Shown here: in pieces, positions 18,116-27,150 of the stretch
Layout of the letters: every line of letters begins with the position of its first letter
How positions within the stretch are numbered: position 1 is the first letter of the stretch
Sequence record: NC_061444.1
Direction: 5' to 3' (one strand)
DNA: 64,000 nucleotides
Translations under genes and position numbers: made by a program
The notes under the pieces: generated by a model
What the model was told of the DNA's origin: nothing
The model's database searches: none
What the model saw: only the letters and a program-made list of their open reading frames with translations

Positions 18116-20641
18116 ATGGCAAAAACGAACAACAAGGCTGAGAAAAAAGCTGAGAAGAAAGCTAAAGTCAAAGCCTCTAAGTCGAATGACAAAGCAGTCG
18201 CCTCTGATGATATCGGTGGCGTTGAAGTATTAGGCTTTGACCTCGGCAGCATGATGGATGACGTGCTCGACGGCATCGAAAAGAAAACGAAAGTAAGCTC
18301 TGCCGATGCAGCACGACACGCACCTCGTATCTCTACCGGTGTGCTTGCGCTTGATATGTACCTTGACGGTGGTATCGTACCTGGCGGTTGGTATACGTTC
18401 AGCGGCGGTGAGCAGTCGTGTAAGTCAACAATGACCATGAGTATCATGGCGAGTCTGATTCGTCTGAAATACTCTGGCATTAGCGTAGTGTTCGACTACG
18501 AAGGTTCGACCGATGCTGAATACGTTGCGGGTCAGCTCAAAACATTCGGTGTTAAAGTCGATCCGAAAACAATCTTCGGTGTGCGTGACGAAGACGGCTC
18601 GTGGATTATCAAGCCTAAGATTCGTTACTATGCACCTGACAACGGTGAGCGCTTCTTCGATTATATGTCGATGCTGCGTCGTCGTCTGCCTGACAAGATC
18701 GTAGAGAAAGACGGCTCTGCGTATTATCTCTTTGAGAACAACAAAGAGAACGCGAAGAAGCTGGCCGGTAAGTACGACAAGAAGTGGTTCAGTCGTAACA
18801 ACCAGTTCAAAGTTCCTGCTGCTGATGGTCACATGCAAGCGGCGGTTATCGTTGACTCCTATCCAGCAATGCTGCCTGATCAGGTCGATGACGATGACGG
18901 TTCAAAAGCAATGGCACTGCAAGCGCGTATGTTCTCTGACGGTATCAAACGTTTCCGTGGTGGTATGCGCCGTAAGATGATGACCATTGTGGGCGTTAAC
19001 CAGTTGCGTCAGAAGCCTGCTGTAATGTTCGGTAGCCCTGAGTACGAACCGGGTGGTGATGCGCTCAAGTTCTACTGCTTCGACCGTGAGACTCAGATTC
19101 GTACTGATCACGGTGTGCTGACTGCACCTCAGATCAAAGAGCTTCTGGACAACGGCACTGAGGTGCGCGTTGAGTCGTTCGACGGTTATCAGAAAATTCA
19201 GGCGGTGTGGCAGGTTGAAGACGCGCCATTCCCAATCGAAATGAATGCTGGTGGGCACACGTATATCGGTAGCGCCGAGCATCGTCAGTTCACGTTTATG
19301 TATGACTGGACTGACGAAGGTATGATGGTCCTGCGTCCTGAGTGGAACACACTTGACCAGCTTGCTAAGTGGCCTGATAAGAAAGGTCAGTATGCGGGTC
19401 TGCGTGTACCGCCAGTGAAAGAACTGAAACAGAACGTGCCTGACGCATTCGACGAAGCAAGCCAGCTCGTTCGTAATCTTCTGGGCAACTGCGATCCGGT
19501 AAGCGTTCAATTGCCGCTGGCTACTCACGGTGATGCGACCTATGCCGCTAACGTGCTGACCATTGATATGGTAGGCGAAAGCACCGACGTGTCTGACTTC
19601 TCGTTCTGGGCTAAGAAGCTGCTTGATATCGGTGTGTACGCATACGCTGATGAAAGCGGTCTGCACATGCCGGGCCTGAACAAATACGAGCTGGAGCAAG
19701 CTGTTGAGCAATACGCTGACGGTGAGTTTGTTGGTCTGTCGTTCGAAGCCACCAGCCGTCAACGTCAAACGCAGATGCTGTCTGTTATTGCTGACGTGTT
19801 CCCTGAACTGACTCGCTACGTTCTGGACTATCAGTTGCAGACTGGTCAGGATAAAATCTATCTGGCACCAGAGAATGACTTCGCTCAGGCTCTCGACCTG
19901 ATTCTGCACAAACAGATTGCAGGCTATGATGACCTGTACGATCTGCTGATGACTCAGCTCGCTTACGTTGAAGACTGGTTCAACTTCGACAACTCGATTG
20001 TGCCTGTGCCGTTCACGCTCAAAGCTCTCGACAAGCCTGTTGAGTTCTGGGACGTCAACGTTGAAGAAACCTCTGTGGTTATCACTAACGGTTTCGTATC
20101 GCATAACAGTGACGTGCGTGTTCGTCTGGCTTCTCGCGCAGTGCCAGAAGGTTGGCCGAAACTCAAAGACGCGCCTGGCGTTGTCGGAGAGAAGTCTGTT
20201 ACTGTCGAAGGTGGTACTGACCGCTATCGCTTCATTGCTGCTAAGACCATCAAGAACAAGATGGGCGGCATTCCAAACCAGAGCACTTGGTTGCGTCTGT
20301 GGGAAGCTGACGGTAATGGTGAAGCGCGTGGCTTCGACCCAGTGTTCGATACGTGGCACTATCTGAAAGTTCTCGGTCTGATCAACGGTACTCGTAAGAA
20401 CTTCAAGATCAAGGCGCCGTGTCCTCTTGCGTCCGAAGTCAAGATGGACTGGGATGATTTCCGTACTCTTATCAACGGCAGCAAGGAACAAGTTGTCGCT
20501 GTCTGTAAGAAACTGAAAGTCAAACCTGCCGGTCTGCGTCTGTGGTGCTTCAAGTTCGTGCAGTCCGCGAAAGGCAAAGAAATGTTGAAAGCGTCTATCA
20601 GTAAGTCTGCGAAGTCTTCTGATGACGGTGACGACGATTAA
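18116..20641 (+). CDS. recA: RecA/UvsX recombinase containing an intein
   Basis: Walker A GGEQSCKST, Walker B VIVDS, QARMFS, NQLRQKP..FGSPEYEPGGDALKFY; 497 aa after splicing. Confidence 0.9.
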   Translation: MAKTNNKAEKKAEKKAKVKASKSNDKAVASDDIGGVEVLGFDLGSMMDDVLDGIEKKTKVSSADAARHAPRISTGVLALDMYLDGGIVPGGWYTFSGGEQSCKSTMTMSIMASLIRLKYSGISVVFDYEGSTDAEYVAGQLKTFGVKVDPKTIFGVRDEDGSWIIKPKIRYYAPDNGERFFDYMSMLRRRLPDKIVEKDGSAYYLFENNKENAKKLAGKYDKKWFSRNNQFKVPAADGHMQAAVIVDSYPAMLPDQVDDDDGSKAMALQARMFSDGIKRFRGGMRRKMMTIVGVNQLRQKPAVMFGSPEYEPGGDALKFYCFDRETQIRTDHGVLTAPQIKELLDNGTEVRVESFDGYQKIQAVWQVEDAPFPIEMNAGGHTYIGSAEHRQFTFMYDWTDEGMMVLRPEWNTLDQLAKWPDKKGQYAGLRVPPVKELKQNVPDAFDEASQLVRNLLGNCDPVSVQLPLATHGDATYAANVLTIDMVGESTDVSDFSFWAKKLLDIGVYAYADESGLHMPGLNKYELEQAVEQYADGEFVGLSFEATSRQRQTQMLSVIADVFPELTRYVLDYQLQTGQDKIYLAPENDFAQALDLILHKQIAGYDDLYDLLMTQLAYVEDWFNFDNSIVPVPFTLKALDKPVEFWDVNVEETSVVITNGFVSHNSDVRVRLASRAVPEGWPKLKDAPGVVGEKSVTVEGGTDRYRFIAAKTIKNKMGGIPNQSTWLRLWEADGNGEARGFDPVFDTWHYLKVLGLINGTRKNFKIKAPCPLASEVKMDWDDFRTLINGSKEQVVAVCKKLKVKPAGLRLWCFKFVQSAKGKEMLKASISKSAKSSDDGDDD
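19076..20107 (+). mobile_element. Intein (344 aa) in RecA
   Basis: Starts CFDRETQI after ...LKFY; block B SAEH; block F/G VEFWDVNVEETSVVITNGFVSHN followed by Ser. Confidence 0.9.
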
Positions 20642-20648
20642 TAATTGC

Positions 20649-20672
20649 GGGAGGGCTTCGGCTCTCCCTTTT
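20649..20672 (+). terminator. Intrinsic terminator
   Basis: GGGAGGGC-TTCG-GCTCTCCC-TTTT. Confidence 0.8.
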
Positions 20673-20690
20673 CTCGTATAAGGAGAACCA

Positions 20691-21113
20691 ATGCGTACTC
20701 AAATCTTTACTGCCGATATCGTCAATCTGGAAAAGACGGAGACCGTCGAAGAAACTGGCGAAGAGATTGTTAGTCAGACAATCGTACCAAACGTCGAAGG
20801 CGAACTGACCGTCAGTGTTGACGAGCTTGTGCGTCTGTCTGAGGGTTTAACTGAACCTACTGACTCTGACTGTCGCCTGATCGTTATCGCATCGCCTGAT
20901 GCCGTACCTCTATTCTACGGCGAAGCGCTGTCTGACTACTTCGATCCAATCGAACGTGTTGCAGATATCGAAGCTGGCAACATCGGCTCTATCGTTGGTA
21001 TGCAGGTTGTTCGTGGTCTGCAAGGCGAGCACCCATACGTTGCGGTCGTGGAAGTGCGCGACGCTGACACCGTAGAGATCGTTCGTTACAACGCGTCTGT
21101 AGTAAAACTGTAA
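20691..21113 (+). CDS. Acidic hypothetical protein
   Basis: 140-aa ORF, AAGGAG RBS. Confidence 0.75.
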   Translation: MRTQIFTADIVNLEKTETVEETGEEIVSQTIVPNVEGELTVSVDELVRLSEGLTEPTDSDCRLIVIASPDAVPLFYGEALSDYFDPIERVADIEAGNIGSIVGMQVVRGLQGEHPYVAVVEVRDADTVEIVRYNASVVKL

Positions 21114-21116
21114 ATA
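21107..21116 (+). promoter_or_regulatory. ACTGTAAATA motif
   Basis: Overlaps the stop of 20691..21113; upstream of the repeat-containing leader. Confidence 0.45.
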
Positions 21117-21151
21117 CCTAGTGGGAGCAAGTCTCCCACATTCTCTCGCTT

Positions 21152-21202
21152 GATAGGCAATGCGCCACAAGCAAAACAACCAACTCGATAGGCAATGCGC
21201 CA
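21152..21202 (+). repeat. Two exact 16-bp direct repeats GATAGGCAATGCGCCA
   Basis: Copies at 21152-21167 and 21187-21202, 35-bp period; second copy abuts the AGGAG RBS. Confidence 0.85.
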
Positions 21203-21212
21203 GGAGTGACTT

Positions 21213-21914
21213 ATGAAAAAGATTCAAACTAATATTCTGCCGACCGAAGCTCTGCATGGTTTAATTCACGGTTATGCACGTCAGGCCAAACAGCCAGATG
21301 CTGCAAGCAAAACATTGTTCTACGTGGACGTCACTGAACGCAGCGCTAACGATGCGCTATATGCTATTCTGCGTCGTGATATCCCTGCAAATATCGTCGG
21401 TACTGCCTACGATTGCATTTCGAATTTCCGAGGACATACAGCACCTGCTCAACTTCCTGTTGTGCTGTCCGAGAGCTTATATCACATAAGTCTTGATAGA
21501 CTCTCCAGTTCTCTCGCAGGTATCTTCGACGCTCTGTGCCGCACCGTACATACGAACGACACGCAAATCACTATCTATGGTGAACCTGCGGTTGAGAAAC
21601 TCCTGTCTATTGTTCGAGACACGCAATTCAAAGACTTCTTAGATGTGTGTACGCCACAACTTGCTTGTGGTGACTTCGACCTAAAGTCTAATATCACTGT
21701 AGACAACTTCGTGTCTATGGCAATCGACCCTGAGTTTGAAAAGCGTGTTCAGGAGATGCCAGCGACCACTTATACTTTTGGTCGGGACTTCATGTTCATG
21801 CACTATGAAGACCTGCACAAAGTCATTCAGATGCTGCGTCGATATAAAAAGAATTGTATGCTGCATCCGGATCTGATGCGCTACTACTTCATGAACGTAA
21901 TCTGTAAATATTGA
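21213..21914 (+). CDS. Hypothetical protein
   Basis: 233-aa ORF with AGGAG RBS. Confidence 0.75.
   Translation: MKKIQTNILPTEALHGLIHGYARQAKQPDAASKTLFYVDVTERSANDALYAILRRDIPANIVGTAYDCISNFRGHTAPAQLPVVLSESLYHISLDRLSSSLAGIFDALCRTVHTNDTQITIYGEPAVEKLLSIVRDTQFKDFLDVCTPQLACGDFDLKSNITVDNFVSMAIDPEFEKRVQEMPATTYTFGRDFMFMHYEDLHKVIQMLRRYKKNCMLHPDLMRYYFMNVICKY
21901..21910 (+). promoter_or_regulatory. TCTGTAAATA motif
   Basis: Exact copy at the end of the upstream CDS, 98 nt before ATG 22009. Confidence 0.45.
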
Positions 21915-21962
21915 TCACCAACCGAACACAAATGCTGTGTGTAGTCTAGCCCGATTTGGGCA

Positions 21963-21995
21963 GGGGAGAGCCGGATGGCCTCCCCATTTTTTTTT
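21963..21995 (+). terminator. Terminator/attenuator-like hairpin directly before 22009
   Basis: GGGGAGAGCC-GGAT-GGCCTCCCC then A and 9 T. Confidence 0.7.
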
Positions 21996-22008
21996 GTCTG
22001 AGGGTTTT

Positions 22009-23031
22009 ATGTCTGAAAAAGAAACATTCGTCCAAGTACATGAGGCTTACCTGCAAGAGTCTGCCTCTCGCGGCGCAGCACGATCAAAAATAACTGATCA
22101 ATTCACTACGTACCTGAAAAAGAACAATGGCAAACTTCCTGCACTTGGAGTACCTATGGAAGAGTTTGTTCGTTGGGCTAATATGATTCCTACGGAGATC
22201 AATCCTGACATAGCGCGTCAGTTAATGTTTATTTCGTCAGCGACCTATACGCATTATGTTTGGTCTTTTACGAAAGCATCGTTTGTGATTGAGAAAGAAC
22301 TGTGGCCTCATCTGATTGAGGGCGATGCGCCTAAAGTTCTGCCCACTTCTACACTGCGCCAATTGCCTCATTGGTCACAGTGGATCAATTGCGTGTTCAC
22401 ACTCGACTACAAACATGCCGCGACTGGACACAAATACGAAATTGATATTGAAGGGTTCTGGGCAACATACGTCAACTACCAAGAGGCAACTCACCTGAGC
22501 CTGTCCTGCTTAGGTGTGTATAATGACGGCACAGGCAATCAAGTAATGTCGCTCTATATCATATTCGACATTACCAAAGACATGGAGCTGTCCGACGGTT
22601 TCGATTGGTTCATGCACCTAGTTGGCGGTAGAGGCGCAACTGGTGTGGACATTAATTCCGACAATGGTAGTGAGGTCAATGAGGCCGTTATGGCTCTCAT
22701 GAAGCCTGTCGTTAACGTGTTGCTATTTGTCGCATCGCAAGTAGACAACATCTATAAAGGAGGGATCAAGTCACTCAAACCTAGACGTAGCGGTAACAGC
22801 TACAAAATCATTCCTGTTCGTGATGTTCGTGAGTGGAATGTTGGTACAGAGCTACTGAATGAAATTCGTACCTACGAAAACGAAGTGAAGTCTCACGAAT
22901 CAAATGGTCGCCGTGCTCACATACGACGAGCGCACCATCATAGCTACTGGTATGGCCCTCTCAAGGGTGAGCGTGAATTGAAATCGCGCTGGGTACCACC
23001 ATGTGTTGTTCGCGGCACTGTCGTAGAATAA
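22009..23031 (+). CDS. AcrVA2/FinQ-like protein
   Basis: LPTSTLRQLPHW, IEGFWATY, WNVGTEL..EIRTY, RRAHIRRAHHHSYWYG...RWVPP align with AcrVA2 motifs as I recall them. Confidence 0.7.
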   Translation: MSEKETFVQVHEAYLQESASRGAARSKITDQFTTYLKKNNGKLPALGVPMEEFVRWANMIPTEINPDIARQLMFISSATYTHYVWSFTKASFVIEKELWPHLIEGDAPKVLPTSTLRQLPHWSQWINCVFTLDYKHAATGHKYEIDIEGFWATYVNYQEATHLSLSCLGVYNDGTGNQVMSLYIIFDITKDMELSDGFDWFMHLVGGRGATGVDINSDNGSEVNEAVMALMKPVVNVLLFVASQVDNIYKGGIKSLKPRRSGNSYKIIPVRDVREWNVGTELLNEIRTYENEVKSHESNGRRAHIRRAHHHSYWYGPLKGERELKSRWVPPCVVRGTVVE

Positions 23032-23077
23032 CTCTCTTAATCAACTCCACGTATGGGCGTTATGCCCGGAGGTTAAT

Positions 23078-23836
23078 ATGTCTCGTGTACAAACTCTATG
23101 GATTCCTGATATGGAATCGTATGAGCCTTACGTTCGTTCTCTGTGCCACATGGCTCGCGCTCTGGAGAACAATGGCCTGAACTACGGTAAAATGAAGCGT
23201 GTTGTGTTCATCGGTCTGTCAAAGCGTAGCGTCGAATCCTACGTCAAACAGCTTCTCAATTCAAACACGTTGCCTAATACGCTCGTCTGTTTTGGTATTG
23301 ACGAAGCACCCAACAGCCACAAAGAATTTTCATTCATCGGCTCTCATGTTGTGTTGATGCACGACCTGATGTATGCCGGTGATAATGCAATGGTCCGTGT
23401 GTCGCAACGTGTTCTCGAAATCATTCTGAGTCTCAAGCAGCGACCAGAAGATCGCGAACTTAAAAACGGTTCGCTGTCGCTTGTATATCAGAGTCCGATG
23501 CTGTGGTCTTATATTCGAGACAACGGCGCCAGCATGTACAATCACAACCCGCGCATCCAATATCAAGAAGGCCTGATATCATCCATCGGTGTTGAGCAGC
23601 TCATGTCCTGTCAAAACAATGAGGACTACCACAAGCTACATGCACCTGTGATTACGATCGGCCTTGAGTTCTTCCACGTCAAGCCTGATGAACTTCTGTC
23701 TAAGCTCTGCAATCTGATGTGGTCGCTCGGTACAACCACCAGCGAAGTTAAGGACACGTACAAGATCGTATTGCATGATGACTTCCGACTCGCCTTCTTC
23801 GAGGAATTTCTGCTACGCGACTTTAAGGGCTTTTAA
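23078..23836 (+). CDS. Hypothetical protein
   Basis: 252-aa ORF, GGAGG RBS. Confidence 0.75.
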   Translation: MSRVQTLWIPDMESYEPYVRSLCHMARALENNGLNYGKMKRVVFIGLSKRSVESYVKQLLNSNTLPNTLVCFGIDEAPNSHKEFSFIGSHVVLMHDLMYAGDNAMVRVSQRVLEIILSLKQRPEDRELKNGSLSLVYQSPMLWSYIRDNGASMYNHNPRIQYQEGLISSIGVEQLMSCQNNEDYHKLHAPVITIGLEFFHVKPDELLSKLCNLMWSLGTTTSEVKDTYKIVLHDDFRLAFFEEFLLRDFKGF

Positions 23837-23893
23837 GAATATTCTTAGTCCGCTATCTAATTTCTATATGTTGGCAAGTAGTGCTGACGTATC

Positions 23894-23909
23894 GTTATTG
23901 GAGAATAAC
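23894..23909 (+). promoter_or_regulatory. RBS hairpin, GGAG loop
   Basis: GTTATT-GGAG-AATAAC directly before ATG 23910. Confidence 0.55.
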
Positions 23910-24170
23910 ATGTGCGGACGTAGCCTATTACGGTTGAAGTACAACGCACGGTCCTCGAACTGGTGCAATAATAAAGTAAACGCTTGTAGCGAGCGGAAGG
24001 CGATAAACGTCCAGTGCGAACAATTCTTGGAAGCAACCAAAGATTGTCGTTCTGTGCAGAAGTCGTCAAGTGTAGTTTCTTTCTTCAAAGGTCAAGAGCT
24101 GGTTGGTCAAGCTATTTGGCATGAGATAGAGGGCGACAACACGCTTCAATTCCGGTTGCTACTTGCCTAA
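23910..24170 (+). CDS. Hypothetical protein (86 aa)
   Basis: Part of ORF 23775..24170; start chosen by RBS. Confidence 0.55.
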   Translation: MCGRSLLRLKYNARSSNWCNNKVNACSERKAINVQCEQFLEATKDCRSVQKSSSVVSFFKGQELVGQAIWHEIEGDNTLQFRLLLA

Positions 24171-24174
24171 CGAT

Positions 24175-24212
24175 AAAAGGGCTTTCAGAGATGATCTGAT
24201 GGCCCTTTTCTT
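24175..24212 (+). terminator. Intrinsic terminator
   Basis: AAAAGGGC...GCCCTTTT stem, T-rich tail. Confidence 0.65.
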
Positions 24213-24267
24213 ATTCTAACACTAATTTTCACCTGTCATTACACACAACCGAACTCGGAGTACTCAC

Positions 24268-25908
24268 ATGTCTTTGATTAAAATTCAAGGCGTTGCATCC
24301 ACATCTGCTCCTTCGAAAGCGCAGAAAGATGCCGCCGTATATATGTTTGGTTCTAAGGGCCATTCAATCGTCGCAGTGCTCGACAAATTCAGTCGCGCCA
24401 AAGAACTGCGTACTGCTCACCTTGACGGTTTACTCAAGCTGATGAAGGACGGTGAAGATGACGATATCATCAAGTTCACCGCGTCTGCACTCGGTAAGAG
24501 AACTATTACTGCTGCTCGGGCATTTGCTGTAGCTAAGACCCTGACTTCCAGCATCAAAGCGTTGAAACTGATTCGTGTTCCTGTTAAGTGGGTAGAAGGT
24601 CACTCAGATCTTGCCGCTGCTCGCGCACAGGAAACAAAAGAGATTCGCGCACGTCGTACTGCGGGCAACAAACCTGAGAAGCCTATTAAGCTCGACAACC
24701 CAGGCGCACCTGAGTCTACCACAGTAGACAACAAAGTGATTGACGCGAAGAAAGGTTCTGCGACACCTGCAACCGATGACCTAAGTGTGATTGACCGTGT
24801 AGTTAAAAACCCTTCTATCAAAAACACGTCTATCATTATTCGCCGCGTCTTTAAAGGCCATGAGACTACATCGTCACTGATGTTCCGCAAAGGCGTAGGT
24901 ACTCAATCGACGCTTCTGGGTCTTGGGTCTCACGGTAACGGACACGAGACTGGTGCCGGACTGCTGATGGCTGCATTCAAAGCTACCGGTATCAAACCTA
25001 AGTGGTACTTAGCTGATGCTGGCGATGCTGCTTTCGATTTGGGTTCTGCCGCGAACGTAACTAAAGTGTTCAAATGGCTGTCTGCAAGAAAGCCGGGCGA
25101 AACTTTTGCTGCTACTGCGAAGCTACCTAAGTCTGGTAAAGTGCCTGAAGGTGCAACGCGTGTTGTGCGTGATCACATCGGCAAGCCTGAGCGTGTTTCG
25201 AAAGAAAAACTCGCTTCTTCGACGTTTGATTTTGTCGGCGTTAAGTCTGCTGCCGGTGGCGCACTTAAACTGCAATTCAAACAACCGAAGAATGACCACG
25301 AATGGTCACTGACAATCCGTCGCAATAAAGACTCTATTACGAGTGACCACGATGGTTCTTCTGGCTACCAGACTGCTGAGTCGTTCTTGCAGCGCGGTGT
25401 CGTTGCAGTAGGCGGCAGTGTTGTTAATGAGCACCAGCAGCCGAACAGCGCGATCTTCCAGTTTGCGAATGAAGATCAGGCCAAAGCATTTATGTCTTGG
25501 GTTAAAAAGCAAAAAGCCCAGACAATCAACTTCAAAACTGAGCCTAAGATCACGGTCACCAAAGCTGCTTCATACACACCGTCAGGTAAAACTGATGTTT
25601 CGCTGGTGGATGAAATGGCAGAAGTACCTGCACGCAAGATCGCTGCGAAACCACTTCAGGCGCGTGAAGAATATTTCAACGCTCTGCGCAACATCCTGCA
25701 AAGCAATCTGCCTAAGTCAGACGTGTCAGCAACATCTGACGGTGTTGTCGTAGCGAAAGGTACCAAGATGTACACGATTCGCCTCGACGACAAAGCGTGG
25801 ACAATTCAGACAGGCGCTACTGGCAAACAGAAGAAGATTGGTGCGACGTTCGATATCGTTGACCTGCTCGGTATGATCGACAAGTCGATTCTGCGCCCCA
25901 AAGCGTAA
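24268..25908 (+). CDS. Lys/Ala-rich hypothetical protein (possible internal virion protein)
   Basis: 546-aa ORF, GGAG RBS, flanked by terminators. Confidence 0.75.
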   Translation: MSLIKIQGVASTSAPSKAQKDAAVYMFGSKGHSIVAVLDKFSRAKELRTAHLDGLLKLMKDGEDDDIIKFTASALGKRTITAARAFAVAKTLTSSIKALKLIRVPVKWVEGHSDLAAARAQETKEIRARRTAGNKPEKPIKLDNPGAPESTTVDNKVIDAKKGSATPATDDLSVIDRVVKNPSIKNTSIIIRRVFKGHETTSSLMFRKGVGTQSTLLGLGSHGNGHETGAGLLMAAFKATGIKPKWYLADAGDAAFDLGSAANVTKVFKWLSARKPGETFAATAKLPKSGKVPEGATRVVRDHIGKPERVSKEKLASSTFDFVGVKSAAGGALKLQFKQPKNDHEWSLTIRRNKDSITSDHDGSSGYQTAESFLQRGVVAVGGSVVNEHQQPNSAIFQFANEDQAKAFMSWVKKQKAQTINFKTEPKITVTKAASYTPSGKTDVSLVDEMAEVPARKIAAKPLQAREEYFNALRNILQSNLPKSDVSATSDGVVVAKGTKMYTIRLDDKAWTIQTGATGKQKKIGATFDIVDLLGMIDKSILRPKA

Positions 25909-25914
25909 ACACAT

Positions 25915-25939
25915 AGGGTAGCTTCGGCTGCCCTTTTTT
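25915..25939 (+). terminator. Intrinsic terminator
   Basis: AGGGTAGC-TTCG-GCTGCCCT-TTTTT. Confidence 0.8.
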
Positions 25940-26010
25940 ACGTCTGATCGACCTGAAAAGTGACTGTGACTTAGCTCAAATTGAATCGACCTACGATCTG
26001 CGAAGTCTGC

Positions 26011-26062
26011 AAATAACTGGACAAAATAGCTATATACACGCGTATGCGCCCTATGATACAAT
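26011..26062 (+). promoter_or_regulatory. Early promoter family, copy 1
   Basis: AAATAACTGGACAAAAT box; TGGACA to TACAAT 33 bp; extended -10 TG. Confidence 0.7.
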
Positions 26063-26098
26063 ATATGCAGACGCTACACGACGTAGCACATACAACTA

Positions 26099-26112
26099 AT
26101 GCTGAGGAGCAT
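26099..26112 (+). promoter_or_regulatory. GAGG-loop RBS hairpin
   Basis: ATGCT-GAGG-AGCAT, ATG at 26116. Confidence 0.65.
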
Positions 26113-26115
26113 ACA

Positions 26116-26460
26116 ATGAACGAAGTCAAACAAGCTGGTCGCGTATTCACTGAATCTGATCGTCAGATGCTGCAAGACCTCGCCGACACACTTAACGCGA
26201 AAATGAAACGTACCGACGCTCGCGTGATCGTTACTGACGGCGCCGAAGATAATCTGATACTTATGGTAGTCGGTTATGAAGACGGTGAAGTCGGTGACGA
26301 GTTTGGTTTCTTCTTAGACCTGCCGTATACAGATGACGCAGGCGAAGACGAGAATTACGTTCTGCACTATGCCGGTTACCCTGATATGAACGACTACACG
26401 TTCCGCACTGTTGACCTAGGCCAGCTTTCTGCTGCAATCGAAGAACTCGACCTGCTGTAA
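26116..26460 (+). CDS. Small acidic protein
   Basis: ORF; start set by RBS. Confidence 0.75.
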   Translation: MNEVKQAGRVFTESDRQMLQDLADTLNAKMKRTDARVIVTDGAEDNLILMVVGYEDGEVGDEFGFFLDLPYTDDAGEDENYVLHYAGYPDMNDYTFRTVDLGQLSAAIEELDLL

Positions 26461-26525
26461 TCGCTAACTGACAATGACTGCGGGGTTACGGCCCCGCCTA
26501 CTTACTTCTATAGAGAGACACGACT

Positions 26526-27146
26526 ATGACTATGCACATCACTACTTTCTTCGTAAAACGCTCTTACGCTTCTCTGGCTGCTGGTTCATTCACTATTGCT
26601 TCTAAGCAAGTGCAAGAGCTGGTGGAGTCTGAGGTATTCATTGTGTATGCTAACACAGGCTTAGGTAACGCCTTCGCTTTACGCAACATCACTCTGACGC
26701 CTGTTGATGAAGCAAACGTGCGTGTTGAGTTCGACCCGCTGACCGACGTTCACGCAATGCCACCGTCAGTGTTGCCGAAAGACGTATTGACCGAAAGCGC
26801 GCAGCAATACTATATGATGCCTGATGATGTTGCTCAGGCCCCTCGCTTCTGCGTATCTAATCACGCATCTGGCAACGAACCAAACATGTTGTGTCTGAAT
26901 CATGAAGTACGTGAGCGTCTGATTCAATATAAAGGCGGCATGATCAGCCTGACAGAGCTTGTGCTTATTCTGCATGAGCAAAACATTTCAGTGACCGACA
27001 TTCACCAGCACCGCCGCAACAAAGAGAAGTATGTGGCGCAAATCACTGAACGCACCTCACACGTTATCGAACTGTCGAAAGACAATGGCGTTAAGCAAGA
27101 CGGTAGCGACTTCCCGCTGCTTGCTCGCCTGAACGTGTATCTCTAA
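26526..27146 (+). CDS. Hypothetical protein, paralog of 27559..28137
   Basis: Colinear similarity along the length, both end in VYL. Confidence 0.8.
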   Translation: MTMHITTFFVKRSYASLAAGSFTIASKQVQELVESEVFIVYANTGLGNAFALRNITLTPVDEANVRVEFDPLTDVHAMPPSVLPKDVLTESAQQYYMMPDDVAQAPRFCVSNHASGNEPNMLCLNHEVRERLIQYKGGMISLTELVLILHEQNISVTDIHQHRRNKEKYVAQITERTSHVIELSKDNGVKQDGSDFPLLARLNVYL

Positions 27147-27150
27147 TCGG

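Noticed and set aside
19400-19990. Active LAGLIDADG homing endonuclease in the intein
   Set aside because: No LAGLIDADG-like helices are recognisable and the segment is acidic.
18902-20491. 529-aa antisense ORF, and similar ones at 5147..5950, 16904..17452, 17515..17997, 58834..59679, 59406..59951, 59725..60462
   Set aside because: Shadow ORFs opposite strongly codon-biased or low-complexity real genes; no RBS or protein motifs.
21152-21202. Mini CRISPR array
   Set aside because: Only two 16-bp repeats with a 19-nt spacer, both too short, and no cas1/cas2 nearby.
26018-26023. TGGACA as the -35 hexamer
   Set aside because: It lies 32-33 bp from the -10 in all copies, not 16-18 bp.
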